Shown here in pieces: positions 36,834-44,963 of a DNA stretch of 64,000 bases (the first letter of the stretch is position 1; the number at the start of each line of letters is the position of its first letter). Origin of the DNA: a virus; the IMG/VR virus record IMGVR_UViG_3300036823_000117, positions 54,587 to 118,586 of that record, one strand, 5' to 3'. The translations under genes were made by a program, and so were the position numbers. The notes under the pieces were generated by a model. It was not told where the DNA came from, did not search any database, and saw only the letters and a program-made list of their open reading frames with translations.

Positions 36834-36905
36834 AGCGGAAGACGGGATTCGAACCCGCGACCCTTACCTTGGCAAGGTAATGCTCTACCGCTGAGCCACC
36901 TCCGC
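36834..36905 (-). tRNA. tRNA-Gly(GCC)
   Basis: Loop TT-GCC-AA; U73. Confidence 0.9.
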
Positions 36906-36986
36906 ATGAGCCGGGTTCCAATCTGATGCCTAGGGTTTCCCCAGTGGTATAGCGGCTACAGTCACCCGACAAACCTCTACCGTACG

Positions 36987-37059
36987 AGCCACCGTTCGGT
37001 TTCGAACCGAACACCTTCTGCCTACCATGCAGACGCTCTGCCAACTGAGCTACGGCGGC
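36987..37059 (-). tRNA. tRNA-Thr(GGT)
   Basis: Loop AT-GGT-AG. Confidence 0.85.
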
Positions 37060-37069
37060 GTGATTATCG

Positions 37070-37142
37070 CTGGCGGCCCAGGATTCGGACCTGGACTGGC
37101 GGGGCCAAAACCCGCAGGGCTGCCTGGTTACCCCAGCCGCCA
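37070..37142 (-). tRNA. tRNA-Gln(TTG)
   Basis: Loop TT-TTG-GC; U1-A72, G73; T loop TCCGAAT. Confidence 0.82.
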
Positions 37143-37147
37143 TCGTG

Positions 37148-37220
37148 AGCCCGCTAGAGGTCTCGAACCCCTCGCCTGCCCTTTACAGGAGGGCCGCTCT
37201 ACCAGCTGAGCTAAGCGGGC
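37148..37220 (-). tRNA. tRNA-Thr(TGT)
   Basis: Loop CC-TGT-AA. Confidence 0.85.
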
Positions 37221-37226
37221 AAGTCT

Positions 37227-37295
37227 CCCACCGGCCGCAGGACTCGAACCCTGCGTGTCTGCCGACGACGCCGGCCGTCGCTGCGTTACCGGTGG
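37227..37295 (-). ncRNA. tRNA-like RNA with anticodon arm reduced to a tetraloop hairpin
   Basis: Acceptor CCACCGG/CCGGTGG, D stem ACGC/GCGT, GTC-GGCA-GAC in place of the anticodon arm, T arm GCAGG-GTTCGAGT-CCTGC. Confidence 0.6.
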
Positions 37296-37299
37296 TTCG

Positions 37300-37373
37300 T
37301 GTCCACGGTGGGATTCGAACCCACACTGTCCAGCCCCTCATGCTGGCGCCTCCTGCCGTTGGGCTACGTAGAC
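37300..37373 (-). tRNA. tRNA-Leu(GAG), short variable loop
   Basis: Loop AT-GAG-GG; A73. Confidence 0.82.
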
Positions 37374-37482
37374 ATGGCGCGCGAGACAGGGCATGGACCC
37401 GTCAGCACGATAATGGCGCTTGCGCCTCCCCCATGCCGTCATGGGCGCTACGCCGCTGAGCCGCGAGTATCCCCGCAGCCAG

Positions 37483-37555
37483 AGCCTCCGACTGGCCTCG
37501 AACCAGTTGCCTTCCGCTTACGGGGCGGACGCTCTGCCAGGTGAGCTACAGAGGC
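37483..37555 (-). tRNA. tRNA-Thr(CGT)
   Basis: Loop CC-CGT-AA. Confidence 0.85.
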
Positions 37556-37698
37556 ATGGGAAGTTCTGGCCAGCCAAGGTCAACCCATCCGTCCCAGCCG
37601 GTCACGCCTGACAGCGTTGCCCCGGCCCAGACGTCGTACCACTCGGCATCCAGATCATCCATGACAGGGCCAGACGTCGCACCGCCTGGTCTTGTCCG

Positions 37699-37769
37699 CT
37701 GGGAACCCTGGATTCGAACCAGAACCGACGGAGCCAGAGTCCGCCGTGCTGCCGTTACACCAGCTCCCA
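37699..37769 (-). tRNA. tRNA-Gln(CTG)
   Basis: Loop CT-CTG-GC; U1-A72, G73. Confidence 0.88.
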
Positions 37770-37774
37770 TTGAG

Positions 37775-37849
37775 TACGGGCGGGGAGAGTCGAACTCCCA
37801 AGCAACCCGTTTTGAGCGGGCCAGGTCTGCCAGTTCCCGTCACGCCCGC
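37775..37849 (-). tRNA. tRNA-Leu(CAA), short variable loop
   Basis: Loop CT-CAA-AA; A73. Confidence 0.82.
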
Positions 37850-37854
37850 TCGAG

Positions 37855-37927
37855 TGCGTCGCCTCGGCCTCGAACCGAGAGCCCGCGGAGTAAGAGTCCG
37901 CTGCACGTCCACTTGTGCTTGCGACGC
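37855..37927 (-). tRNA. tRNA-Lys(CTT)
   Basis: Loop CT-CTT-AC; A8. Confidence 0.82.
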
Positions 37928-37931
37928 ATAG

Positions 37932-38002
37932 AGCTCCACCGGGGAATCGAACCCCGCTCGTCAGCTTGGAAGGCTGACACATCACCACAATGCTTGTGGA
38001 GC
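37932..38002 (-). tRNA. tRNA-Gly(TCC)
   Basis: Loop CT-TCC-AA; U73. Confidence 0.85.
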
Positions 38003-38003
38003 G

Positions 38004-38077
38004 TGGCGATGGACATCGGACTCGAACCGAGACTGCCCCACTTATGGAGGGGCGTGCTGCCAGTTACACTATCCATC
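38004..38077 (-). tRNA. tRNA of uncertain identity (anticodon CAT or ATA), possibly pseudo
   Basis: D and T arms and CCA present; anticodon arm GCCCC-TCCATAAGT-GGGGC is irregular. Confidence 0.55.
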
Positions 38078-38130
38078 TGACGCCGGGAGCGACCCGCCGT
38101 CCAGGAGCTGGCTGATCAGGCCGTGCTCCG

Positions 38131-38203
38131 TGCCTGCCGCTGGAATCGAACCAGCCACCCCCGCCTTTTCAGAGCGGTGCTCTACCGGATGAGCTAGACA
38201 GAC
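38131..38203 (-). tRNA. tRNA-Phe(GAA)
   Basis: Loop CT-GAA-AA. Confidence 0.88.
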
Positions 38204-38288
38204 TTATGCAGGGGTTCTCCGGCTTGCGCCTGCCCAGGAGGACCGCGGCCCGAAGTCCGCGCGCCCTACCCTGCTCCTGGTCTCCGAG

Positions 38289-38360
38289 TCGGGATACAAG
38301 GACTCGGACCTTGTCTGCCTGGTCCCAAACCAGGCGCGCTGACCCTTACGCGATATCCCG
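38289..38360 (-). tRNA. tRNA-Pro(TGG)
   Basis: Loop TT-TGG-GA; C1-G72, A73; T loop TCCGAGT. Confidence 0.85.
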
Positions 38361-38365
38361 TTCAC

Positions 38366-38442
38366 GGGGAGTGCTCTACCAGCTGAGCTACCGGACGCCC
38401 CTTGGGGCGCCCAGGCCGGACTTGAACCGGCGACCTCTCCCC
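38366..38442 (-). ncRNA. circularly permuted, anticodon-less tRNA-like module B (YrlA-like)
   Basis: GGGGAG-AGGTC-GCCGGTTCAAGTCCGGC-CTGGGCGCCCCAAGGGGCGTCCGG-TAGCTCAGCTGGTAGAGC-ACTCCCC. Confidence 0.8.
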
Positions 38443-38445
38443 TCG

Positions 38446-38518
38446 TGGAGCACCGGGGACTCGAACCCCGCACATCCTGCTTGCAAAACAGGTGCTCTAC
38501 CTGATGAGCTAGCGCCCC
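38446..38518 (-). tRNA. tRNA-Ala(TGC)
   Basis: Loop TT-TGC-AA; G3-U70. Confidence 0.9.
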
Positions 38519-38610
38519 ATTGCCCGGTCCCGGCCAGCCCGCGGCGTACCGCGAGCCGGCCAGGACCGGAGTCTTACTGCGCGGCCCTGGCTCGGCCGCG
38601 CTGCGTTTCC

Positions 38611-38631
38611 CGCTGTGGATTTGTCAATGCA
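38611..38631 (-). promoter_or_regulatory. boxA-like antitermination element
   Basis: TGCATTGACAAATCCACAGCG resembles, from memory, the actinobacterial rrn leader boxA region. Confidence 0.45.
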
Positions 38632-38662
38632 CAGACCCATTGCCCCGGAGGGTCGGGTACCG

Positions 38663-38733
38663 CTGGGCCAGAGGGATTCGGACCCCCATCGCCGGTTTTG
38701 GAGACCGGAGCTCTGCCGTTGAGCTATGTCCCA
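38663..38733 (-). tRNA. tRNA-Trp(CCA)
   Basis: Loop CT-CCA-AA; G73; T loop TCCGAAT. Confidence 0.85.
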
Positions 38734-38737
38734 TTAA

Positions 38738-38773
38738 CGAGAAAGCCGCCCTCCAGGGGCTCCTGGGGGCGGC
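38738..38773 (-). terminator. terminator/attenuator hairpin ahead of the tRNA array
   Basis: GCCGCCCCCAGG-AGCC-CCTGGAGGGCGGC-TTTCTCG. Confidence 0.65.
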
Positions 38774-38792
38774 GTCTTCGTAGTGTTTGCCC

Positions 38793-38894
38793 CTACGTTG
38801 ACGCCTTGGTCCCGAACGTGTCCAGCAGCATGGCTCGCGAGCAGCTGGTGGCGGTGTGCCGCTGCTGCTCGTACCTGGGCTGGTTGCTGGTCAT
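38793..38894 (-). CDS. putative 33-aa leader peptide
   Basis: MTSNQPRYEQQRHTATSCSRAMLLDTFGTKAST; follows TTGCCG-18-TACAGT and precedes the terminator. Confidence 0.45.
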   Translation of the reverse strand: MTSNQPRYEQQRHTATSCSRAMLLDTFGTKAST

Positions 38895-39553
38895 GGATCC
38901 AACTGTACGCGAGGGGTCGGGCAGTCGGCAACTGCATTTTGGGTTGCGTCGAGGTCGGTGATGATTTTGCTGATTGTCTCGGCGGCGACGGGGCGGAGGT
39001 TCCAGGCGTCAAGACCGACGTGGACCATTTTTCCGCGCCATTGTGGTTCTCCGCGGAACGGGGTGAATGGCAGTGCGTCGACCTGGGCGCGCTCGGCTCC
39101 GTGGGTGTGGCCGTGGAGCAGCCATTTGCCTTCGTCGCGGAGCCGGTACTGGGTGTGGCGGTCTTCGTCGGAGTGGTCGCCGTAGTAGGGAAAGTGGGAC
39201 AAGAGGACTTCGGTGCCGTCGATTTTCCGGCGGGCGTACTGCTGGATAGACGCGAAGTACTGGAGCCACAGCCGCTGGGTTCTGTGCGCGTCCCTGTGGG
39301 CTGGCCAGGGGGCGTCGTGGTTGCCGGTGATGAGGTGGATGGTGCCGTTGAGCCGGGCGACCCAGGGGAGGATCTCGGCTGGTTTCCCGAGGCCTACGTC
39401 GCCGAGGTGCCAGACGGTGTCATCGCGGCCGACCGCGGCGTTCCAGTTGGCGACGATCGCCTCGTCATGGTCAGGGGCGGTGTCGAACCCGCGGAGCCTG
39501 CCGACCATGGCGTGGGTGAAATGGGTGTCGGAGGTGAAGAACTGGCCGCCCAT
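38891..39553 (-). CDS. calcineurin-like metallophosphoesterase
   Basis: SDTHF, HLGD, GNHD, LSHFPY and LHGHTH motifs. Confidence 0.9.
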   Translation of the reverse strand: MGGQFFTSDTHFTHAMVGRLRGFDTAPDHDEAIVANWNAAVGRDDTVWHLGDVGLGKPAEILPWVARLNGTIHLITGNHDAPWPAHRDAHRTQRLWLQYFASIQQYARRKIDGTEVLLSHFPYYGDHSDEDRHTQYRLRDEGKWLLHGHTHGAERAQVDALPFTPFRGEPQWRGKMVHVGLDAWNLRPVAAETISKIITDLDATQNAVADCPTPRVQLDP

Positions 39554-40818
39554 CACGCCGCCTTGAATCCGGGGATGTGGCGGGTGGCGAGGTCGTGGAT
39601 GGCGTCGGCGTGGTGGTCGTGGCGTTTGCAGGCTTCGACGATCTCGGCGGGCGCGATCCCGGAAATGCCGCGGATCTTCAGGTCGTCGTGTCCGTAGTAG
39701 CGGGATATGAGGCGGGAGGCTTGTTCTTCGGTGGCGGGGCCGAAGTGCTCGCGGAGGTCGATGCGGCCGTCTCGGGCGACGGCGTCGTCGAGGACGCCGG
39801 GGTTGTTGGTTGTCATGACGGTGAGGAGGCCGTGGGGTGTGGCGATGCCGTCGAGGGCGTTGAGGAGGCCGGAGAGGGTGAGGCCGCCGTGGTTGTCGTC
39901 GCGGCTGGTTGCGGCTGAGAAGACGTCTACGTCTTCGAGGAGGAGCATGGAGCGGGGGCCGATGCGGGAGATGTGGCGGAGGAGGTCGCCGTCTTTTTTC
40001 ACGTCGGCGAGGGGCATGTACCAGACGTCGAGGCCGAAGTGGGACGCGATGGCGCGGGCCACTGAAGTTTTGCCGGTGCCCGGGTCGCCTTCGTAGAGGT
40101 GGCCGCGGTGCCACGGGATGCACCTGCGGAGGTAGTCCTGTTCGGCGTCGAGCCACCGCTGGACGTCGGTGACGAGGCGGTGCAGCTGCCCGTCGGGGAG
40201 GATGACGGAGTCGAGGGTGCGCGGGGGGAGGTCGTCGCAGCGCTGCCAGTCGTCCCACTGGCCGAGCATCCGGAATGCGGGCTTGGTGCGTTCCCGGTGG
40301 GTGCGCTCGAGGACGCCGGCGATCTGGGTGAGGAGGGCGCGGCGGGCGGTGACGGACCGGGCGGTGAAGATGATCTCCGGTGGCTTCCACCTTTGGCCGG
40401 CGGTCTCGTCGCCGCCTTCGGATACGACGACCTTGATTTTGTGGCCGGCGACTCGGATGTCCTGCTCGCGGGTGCCGTCGTAGCGGAGGCGCAGCTCGGG
40501 GGGCTTGGCGGGTTCGTCGTCTTCGGGCATGGCGAAGTGGCGGCGGGTGGACCAGGCGACAAGGGCGTGCTGTTCCCTGGGTGGGAGGAGGCTGAGGACC
40601 CAGGTGTGGAGCTCGTCGTAGATGGCGTCGTTGCCGGAGACCTTGACGGTGTAGGTGGTCCGGCTGCGGGCCTGGCGGCGGAGGTGGTCGGCGAGGGGCC
40701 ATGCGGCCTGGCCGGCGGCGAAGGCGAGCGCGGTCCGGGGGGCGTGTTCCTGGAGGGCGGCGATCAGGTCCGACGCGGACCGGGCCCGGATCGGGCTGGC
40801 CGGGACTTCGTGGGTCAA
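39553..40818 (-). CDS. BCS1-like AAA+ ATPase
   Basis: GDPGTGKT Walker A, LLEDVD Walker B, LSGLLNALDG, RDGRID. Confidence 0.9.
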   Translation of the reverse strand: MTHEVPASPIRARSASDLIAALQEHAPRTALAFAAGQAAWPLADHLRRQARSRTTYTVKVSGNDAIYDELHTWVLSLLPPREQHALVAWSTRRHFAMPEDDEPAKPPELRLRYDGTREQDIRVAGHKIKVVVSEGGDETAGQRWKPPEIIFTARSVTARRALLTQIAGVLERTHRERTKPAFRMLGQWDDWQRCDDLPPRTLDSVILPDGQLHRLVTDVQRWLDAEQDYLRRCIPWHRGHLYEGDPGTGKTSVARAIASHFGLDVWYMPLADVKKDGDLLRHISRIGPRSMLLLEDVDVFSAATSRDDNHGGLTLSGLLNALDGIATPHGLLTVMTTNNPGVLDDAVARDGRIDLREHFGPATEEQASRLISRYYGHDDLKIRGISGIAPAEIVEACKRHDHHADAIHDLATRHIPGFKAA

Positions 40819-41336
40819 CGGGTCTCTTCCTGTGGTGCGGCGGTCACAGGTAGTGAGGGTGCCATGAAGCGCCTGGTCGCGATACCCGCTTTCTCGGCAA
40901 CGCTCAGGCAGTGGGATCCGCCGTGTGATGGGTGGGGCTGCGGATCACGGCAGCCGGGTTTCACGCATGGCCCGACGTAGGCGTGGCATTCGCTGGCGCC
41001 GAGTTTCACCATGGCGGTGTTGCGCGCGAACCCGGCGCCCTTGCCGCGGTTCCAGTCGGCCGGGTGCGGCTCAGTTTCCCAGCAGAGGTCCCTGGCGATG
41101 ACGTCGGCCAGCCAGTCCGCGCCGAGCAGGATCTCCCGGTGGTGGGGTTGCAGGCGCAGCGCCATCTGCCAGGGGACCTTGACGCGGGTGCGGGGATGGT
41201 GGGGGTCGCACATTCCGTGGACCAAGACCATGTGGCCGCAGGGGTGCGCGGCCTGCACCTCGAGCATCGCGGCGCGGATGATGTCGGGGTGGTCCCAGTC
41301 CCGGCTGCCGGTCACGAGGACCCTGTAGTCGGTCAT
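40815..41336 (-). CDS. SLOG/DUF2493-family protein
   Basis: RVLVTGSRDW, LVHG, GAD, AGFARN motifs. Confidence 0.8.
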   Translation of the reverse strand: MTDYRVLVTGSRDWDHPDIIRAAMLEVQAAHPCGHMVLVHGMCDPHHPRTRVKVPWQMALRLQPHHREILLGADWLADVIARDLCWETEPHPADWNRGKGAGFARNTAMVKLGASECHAYVGPCVKPGCRDPQPHPSHGGSHCLSVAEKAGIATRRFMAPSLPVTAAPQEETR

Positions 41337-41644
41337 GACGCTTCTCGCTCTGGCGTGCTGAATTCCGGCCAGCTGAACGCGGGCCGGATGATGCCGCTGC
41401 TGATGACTTCGTCGCCGGCCCGGATTTCCCATGCGCCGGCCGGCAGGTCGGGGTTGGGGATGATGGGGATGCCGGTGAACGCGGCGGACATTTCGAAGCC
41501 TGGCGCGGGGGCCTGGGCGGGGACGCTGATGCGGCGGAGGGCTTGCTCGGCCAGTTCCGATACGTGGAGTGTTTTGGGTGGGCCGGGTGGCGGGAAGCTG
41601 GCGGCGAAGCTCGCGAGGTCGTTCCAGCTGAGGGGGCTTGTCAC
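41333..41644 (-). CDS. hypothetical protein
   Basis: GTG start; ATGA overlap with SLOG gene. Confidence 0.5.
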   Translation of the reverse strand: MTSPLSWNDLASFAASFPPPGPPKTLHVSELAEQALRRISVPAQAPAPGFEMSAAFTGIPIIPNPDLPAGAWEIRAGDEVISSGIIRPAFSWPEFSTPEREAS

Positions 41645-41715
41645 CGTGCTGATTGTTTCGTGGCTGGTGGTGCGGCGGGCGCGCAGCGGGCGGTTCCCGG
41701 TGCGCGCCCGGTGTG

Positions 41716-41829
41716 TTACACCATGAGCCACCAGTGTGCGGGCTGGCCTACCCAGTCTGCTTGCTGGTCGGGGCGTGGTCCGTTGCCGTTGGAGAAGCTG
41801 CGGGTGTCGGGTTGCTGCGCGGGGGGCAT
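41716..41829 (-). CDS. 37-aa small ORF
   Basis: AGGGAG RBS and upstream TACAAT; MPPAQQPDTRSFSNGNGPRPDQQADWVGQPAHWWLMV. Confidence 0.4.
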   Translation of the reverse strand: MPPAQQPDTRSFSNGNGPRPDQQADWVGQPAHWWLMV

Positions 41830-41955
41830 GGTTTTCTCCCTGGGTTGTCGGTCTTTGTGCCAGATTGTAGGCCGATTCCCGTGATTGTGCGAGTGAAACT
41901 TTCATGCCGTTTTTCGAGTGCCTTTTAGCGCGCATTTCACTTCCGGGCGGGGCAT

Positions 41956-41983
41956 TTGAAAACGTTGCCACGGTGCGCATAAT
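41956..41983 (+). promoter_or_regulatory. sigma70-type promoter of the peptide gene
   Basis: TTGAAA-16-CATAAT in an AT-richer intergenic region. Confidence 0.55.
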
Positions 41984-42009
41984 GGCGGGAAACGAGACTT
42001 GGAGGAACA

Positions 42010-42150
42010 ATGTTCAAGGTTCGGGCTGTCATCGTTTCCGCTTTCCTGGCCGTCGGCCTTCCTCTTGGCGTGGTGGCATCCATCGCGACCACGAGTGCCG
42101 TCCCGCAGGCTTCCGGGCAGGTGGCGCCCCTCTACTTCGTGCACGGGTAA
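42010..42150 (+). CDS. 46-aa secreted pre-pro-peptide (candidate signalling peptide)
   Basis: GGAGG RBS; MFKVRAVIVSAFLAVGLPLGVVASIATTSAVPQASGQVAPLYFVHG. Confidence 0.7.
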   Translation: MFKVRAVIVSAFLAVGLPLGVVASIATTSAVPQASGQVAPLYFVHG

Positions 42151-42369
42151 GACCTCCGGGCTTCCCTGGCCCGCACGTTCTCCAGGTGGTGGAAGTGCCA
42201 CAGCTGGCGGTCGGCGTCTGACTTGCGCAGCCCGGAGCTGACCATGCACTCGCACCTGGTGAAGCCGTCCGGGCCGTCAGCGGGGACGTCTTCCACGCCC
42301 TGCGAGCGGTAGGGCCTGCCGTCGTCCTGGAGGGCGTGGCCGGGGATGCCGGCGTCTGGCAGGGGCAGG

Positions 42370-42714
42370 TCAGGCACCGGACGCCTCTGGGTACTCATCT
42401 GCGATCTTGCGTGACCATCGGGACCGGTAGCGGCGTGCCAGCCGGATGACAGGCTGTGAGTCGTCCAGGTCCCACGCCTGTCGCGCTTCCCGGGCTTCAT
42501 CGCAGCCGAGGCCGCCGGCGATGACAAAGACGCCGTAGCTCGATGCGGCCCGCCGTGCGGCGGAGGCGGACAGTCCCTCGCCCAGGTAGGTCTCCGTGAT
42601 GCGGTCACGGACCTCGGCCTTGGCATCAGGCCCGGTGCGGCCCAGCGCGACATGGACTCCGAACATCCTGTTGCCGATCAGCCACCAGGTCTCAGAGGGC
42701 CTGCGGCTAGGCAC
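42370..42714 (-). CDS. hypothetical protein, paralog of 31796-32116
   Basis: High amino-acid similarity by eye; AGGAGG RBS. Confidence 0.65.
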   Translation of the reverse strand: MPSRRPSETWWLIGNRMFGVHVALGRTGPDAKAEVRDRITETYLGEGLSASAARRAASSYGVFVIAGGLGCDEAREARQAWDLDDSQPVIRLARRYRSRWSRKIADEYPEASGA

Positions 42715-43056
42715 CGGGAACCTCCTCCTTGCCGCGGGCGTGGCGTGGCGGCCCGGCGTGCGCCCTGTGCTGCCGCCGGTCCCGGACCACCATGACCTGC
42801 ACCATCGTGATCGTGGCCGGCCACATCAGGGCCAGCAGCAGGAAGAACACGGCCACCTTGCCGGGGGCGACGTCTCGGAGGCCGGCGAAGCCGCTGCGGA
42901 CGCTGGCCCACTCGGCGCGGGTGCCGCACTCGGGGCAGTCCCTCGATGGCGTGTCCATCTCGCCGCGGTCCATGCTCCGGACGGCCCACATCGCCAGGGT
43001 CAGGACCAGGCAGGCGGGGATCAGGTAGAGGCCCAGGGCGATGGCGGCCGGCCCGC

Positions 43057-43485
43057 TCACTGCCGCTCTCCTTCCGGGCCGGGAACCGCGAGGGGCTCGG
43101 CCAGCTCGGCGGCCAGACTCAGCAAGTCGTCCGCATGACACGCCTTGCCAATCGCGCACCAGCACGCCAGGTCCCGCCCGCCCAGGTCCGCGGCCATGCT
43201 CATCATCAGTCCGGGCTGCTCGATGATCCACCAGGAGAACGCGGACACCACGTCCTCAGCGCGGAGCATGGCCACGCGGGCCAGCCCTGATGCGCCGCCG
43301 GGGACGGTGCGGGCCACGAAGGGCCACAGGGGGCTGTCCCGGTCTACGGGCTCCTTCACCTTGAAGGGGTTGGCGTAGGGGCTGGCTGGCAGCCCCGGGG
43401 CCGCCCGGCCGACATAGACCGCGCCGTCAGGAACGCGCCCGTGGAACAGGTCGCCCTGGACGCGCACGCGGCGCGGGCTAAGCAT
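43057..43485 (-). CDS. DUF4326-family protein
   Basis: AVYVGR, YANPF, LGGRDLACWC, CHADDL. Confidence 0.8.
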   Translation of the reverse strand: MLSPRRVRVQGDLFHGRVPDGAVYVGRAAPGLPASPYANPFKVKEPVDRDSPLWPFVARTVPGGASGLARVAMLRAEDVVSAFSWWIIEQPGLMMSMAADLGGRDLACWCAIGKACHADDLLSLAAELAEPLAVPGPEGERQ

Positions 43486-44242
43486 CTGGGTCTCCGATCA
43501 GGGAGGCGATCTGGTCGCGGGTGTCGTAGGCCGAGCAGCCGTCCTCGCCGCACGGGCAGGTCCAGGCTTCCAGCAGGGCGAGGATGCGTTCCCGCTCGGC
43601 AGCTACGATGAGCGGGGTGGCGTCGCGGAGCACATCGTCGGCCAGGTCGCGGTACGTGGTGTCGTCGCCTTCGACGTCAGCGAGGACCAGCGCGGCGGCC
43701 GTGACGGCCTCTGGCGGGACAGGGATGTCAGGCACGGGGGGCCTCCGGGCGGTACTGGACGATCTGGCGGTGGACGGCCCAGGTCGTATGTCCGGTCTCG
43801 CGGGCGTGCTCGCGGGCTTTCCGGCCGGCCGACCCGGGGCTGACAAGGCCGGTCTTCCAGGCGCAGCCCGGACCTTCCATGCACTTGGCCGACGATCCGC
43901 TCGAGGACTTCCACATGGCCCGGATCAGCTCACTGGCGGCCATCGCTGCCGTCCTCTCCGGTCAGGGCGCGCTCGATGGCCGCAACTGTCGGGCACGGCC
44001 AAGAGGCTCCGGGTCCTCCTGGCTTGATGCCGCAGTGAGCGCAGAACTTCCACGTCGTGCCCATCGCCGGGATCGTCTCGGTGATGAGCTTGTGTCCAGC
44101 CAGCACGGCCTCTACGGCAGCGAGAAGGCGGGGAACGTCCTCGGCCGAGACCAGTCCGTGCAGCATCAGCTCAAGTCCGATCCCTGGCTTCTGGAGGTGC
44201 CCTCTCCGCTCGCGGATGGCGGCCAGCTCTGCGGATACCCGG

Positions 44243-44578
44243 TCACTCATCGGTGCCGCCTTCCCGCTCAATCCGCAGATTCAGCTTGCGGTAGATGAAC
44301 CGAAACGCCTTGGCTGACGTGATGTCCCAGGTCTCCAGGATGTCGCCGTCATCGTTGATTGCGTCCAGCACGGCATAGGCGTGCTCGGGTGTGCAGTCGC
44401 GCACGTACCCGACTGCCGCGCACATCCGCACGAACCGCTCGCACCCCTGCCAGGGGCTGCGGGGGAAGGTGGTCGCGGTGTACTGGCGCCCGCTGCCGTC
44501 TGGCAGCTCGCGGAGCGCGGTCAGTGCCACGGTCCCCGCTGGCGGCTGGCTCGCGCGGCTACTCATCGCTGCCGTCAT
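44243..44578 (-). CDS. hypothetical phage protein
   Basis: Coupled early-gene ORF. Confidence 0.45.
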   Translation of the reverse strand: MTAAMSSRASQPPAGTVALTALRELPDGSGRQYTATTFPRSPWQGCERFVRMCAAVGYVRDCTPEHAYAVLDAINDDGDILETWDITSAKAFRFIYRKLNLRIEREGGTDE

Positions 44579-44963
44579 CCCTCACGCCTACCCCGGCGAT
44601 AGCGTTCTGGGCATCCTGGAGCGCCCGGCACAGTGCACGCGCTGCCGTCTCTGCCCGCCTCAGGGCCAGACGGGCCTCGAATATCCGGGCCTCCGGGGCA
44701 GCGTCCCGCGCGTCGTACAGGCCCGTGCGCCCCGACTGGCCGGCCAGGAACTCGCCTGCCTGCTCCGCGAGCTGGGGCATCATCCCGGCTGCGTGCGCCC
44801 AGTTGCCCAGCAGCGAGTAGGCGTCGGAGGGATACTCCAGCCCCCCGGCGCGGCCGGAGGTGGACCGATTCAGGCAGCGCACGATCTCGCCCAGCGCGTC
44901 TCCCAGCTCGCGGGTCCGGTCCGGGGAGTGCGGGGCGTCGGGGTTCAGGTCAATGTCAGTCAT
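44559..44963 (-). CDS. hypothetical phage protein
   Basis: GAGGAGG RBS; coupled ORF. Confidence 0.55.
   Translation of the reverse strand: MTDIDLNPDAPHSPDRTRELGDALGEIVRCLNRSTSGRAGGLEYPSDAYSLLGNWAHAAGMMPQLAEQAGEFLAGQSGRTGLYDARDAAPEARIFEARLALRRAETAARALCRALQDAQNAIAGVGVRDDGSDE

Noticed and set aside
37546-37662. 38-aa Trp-rich minus-strand ORF in a tRNA spacer
   Set aside because: No clear RBS and its stop lies inside tRNA-Thr(CGT)
34768-38660. Theta/HDV-like, hammerhead or twister ribozymes at tRNA 3' ends
   Set aside because: Checked by eye; catalytic core consensus not found. A motif search would be needed to exclude them fully
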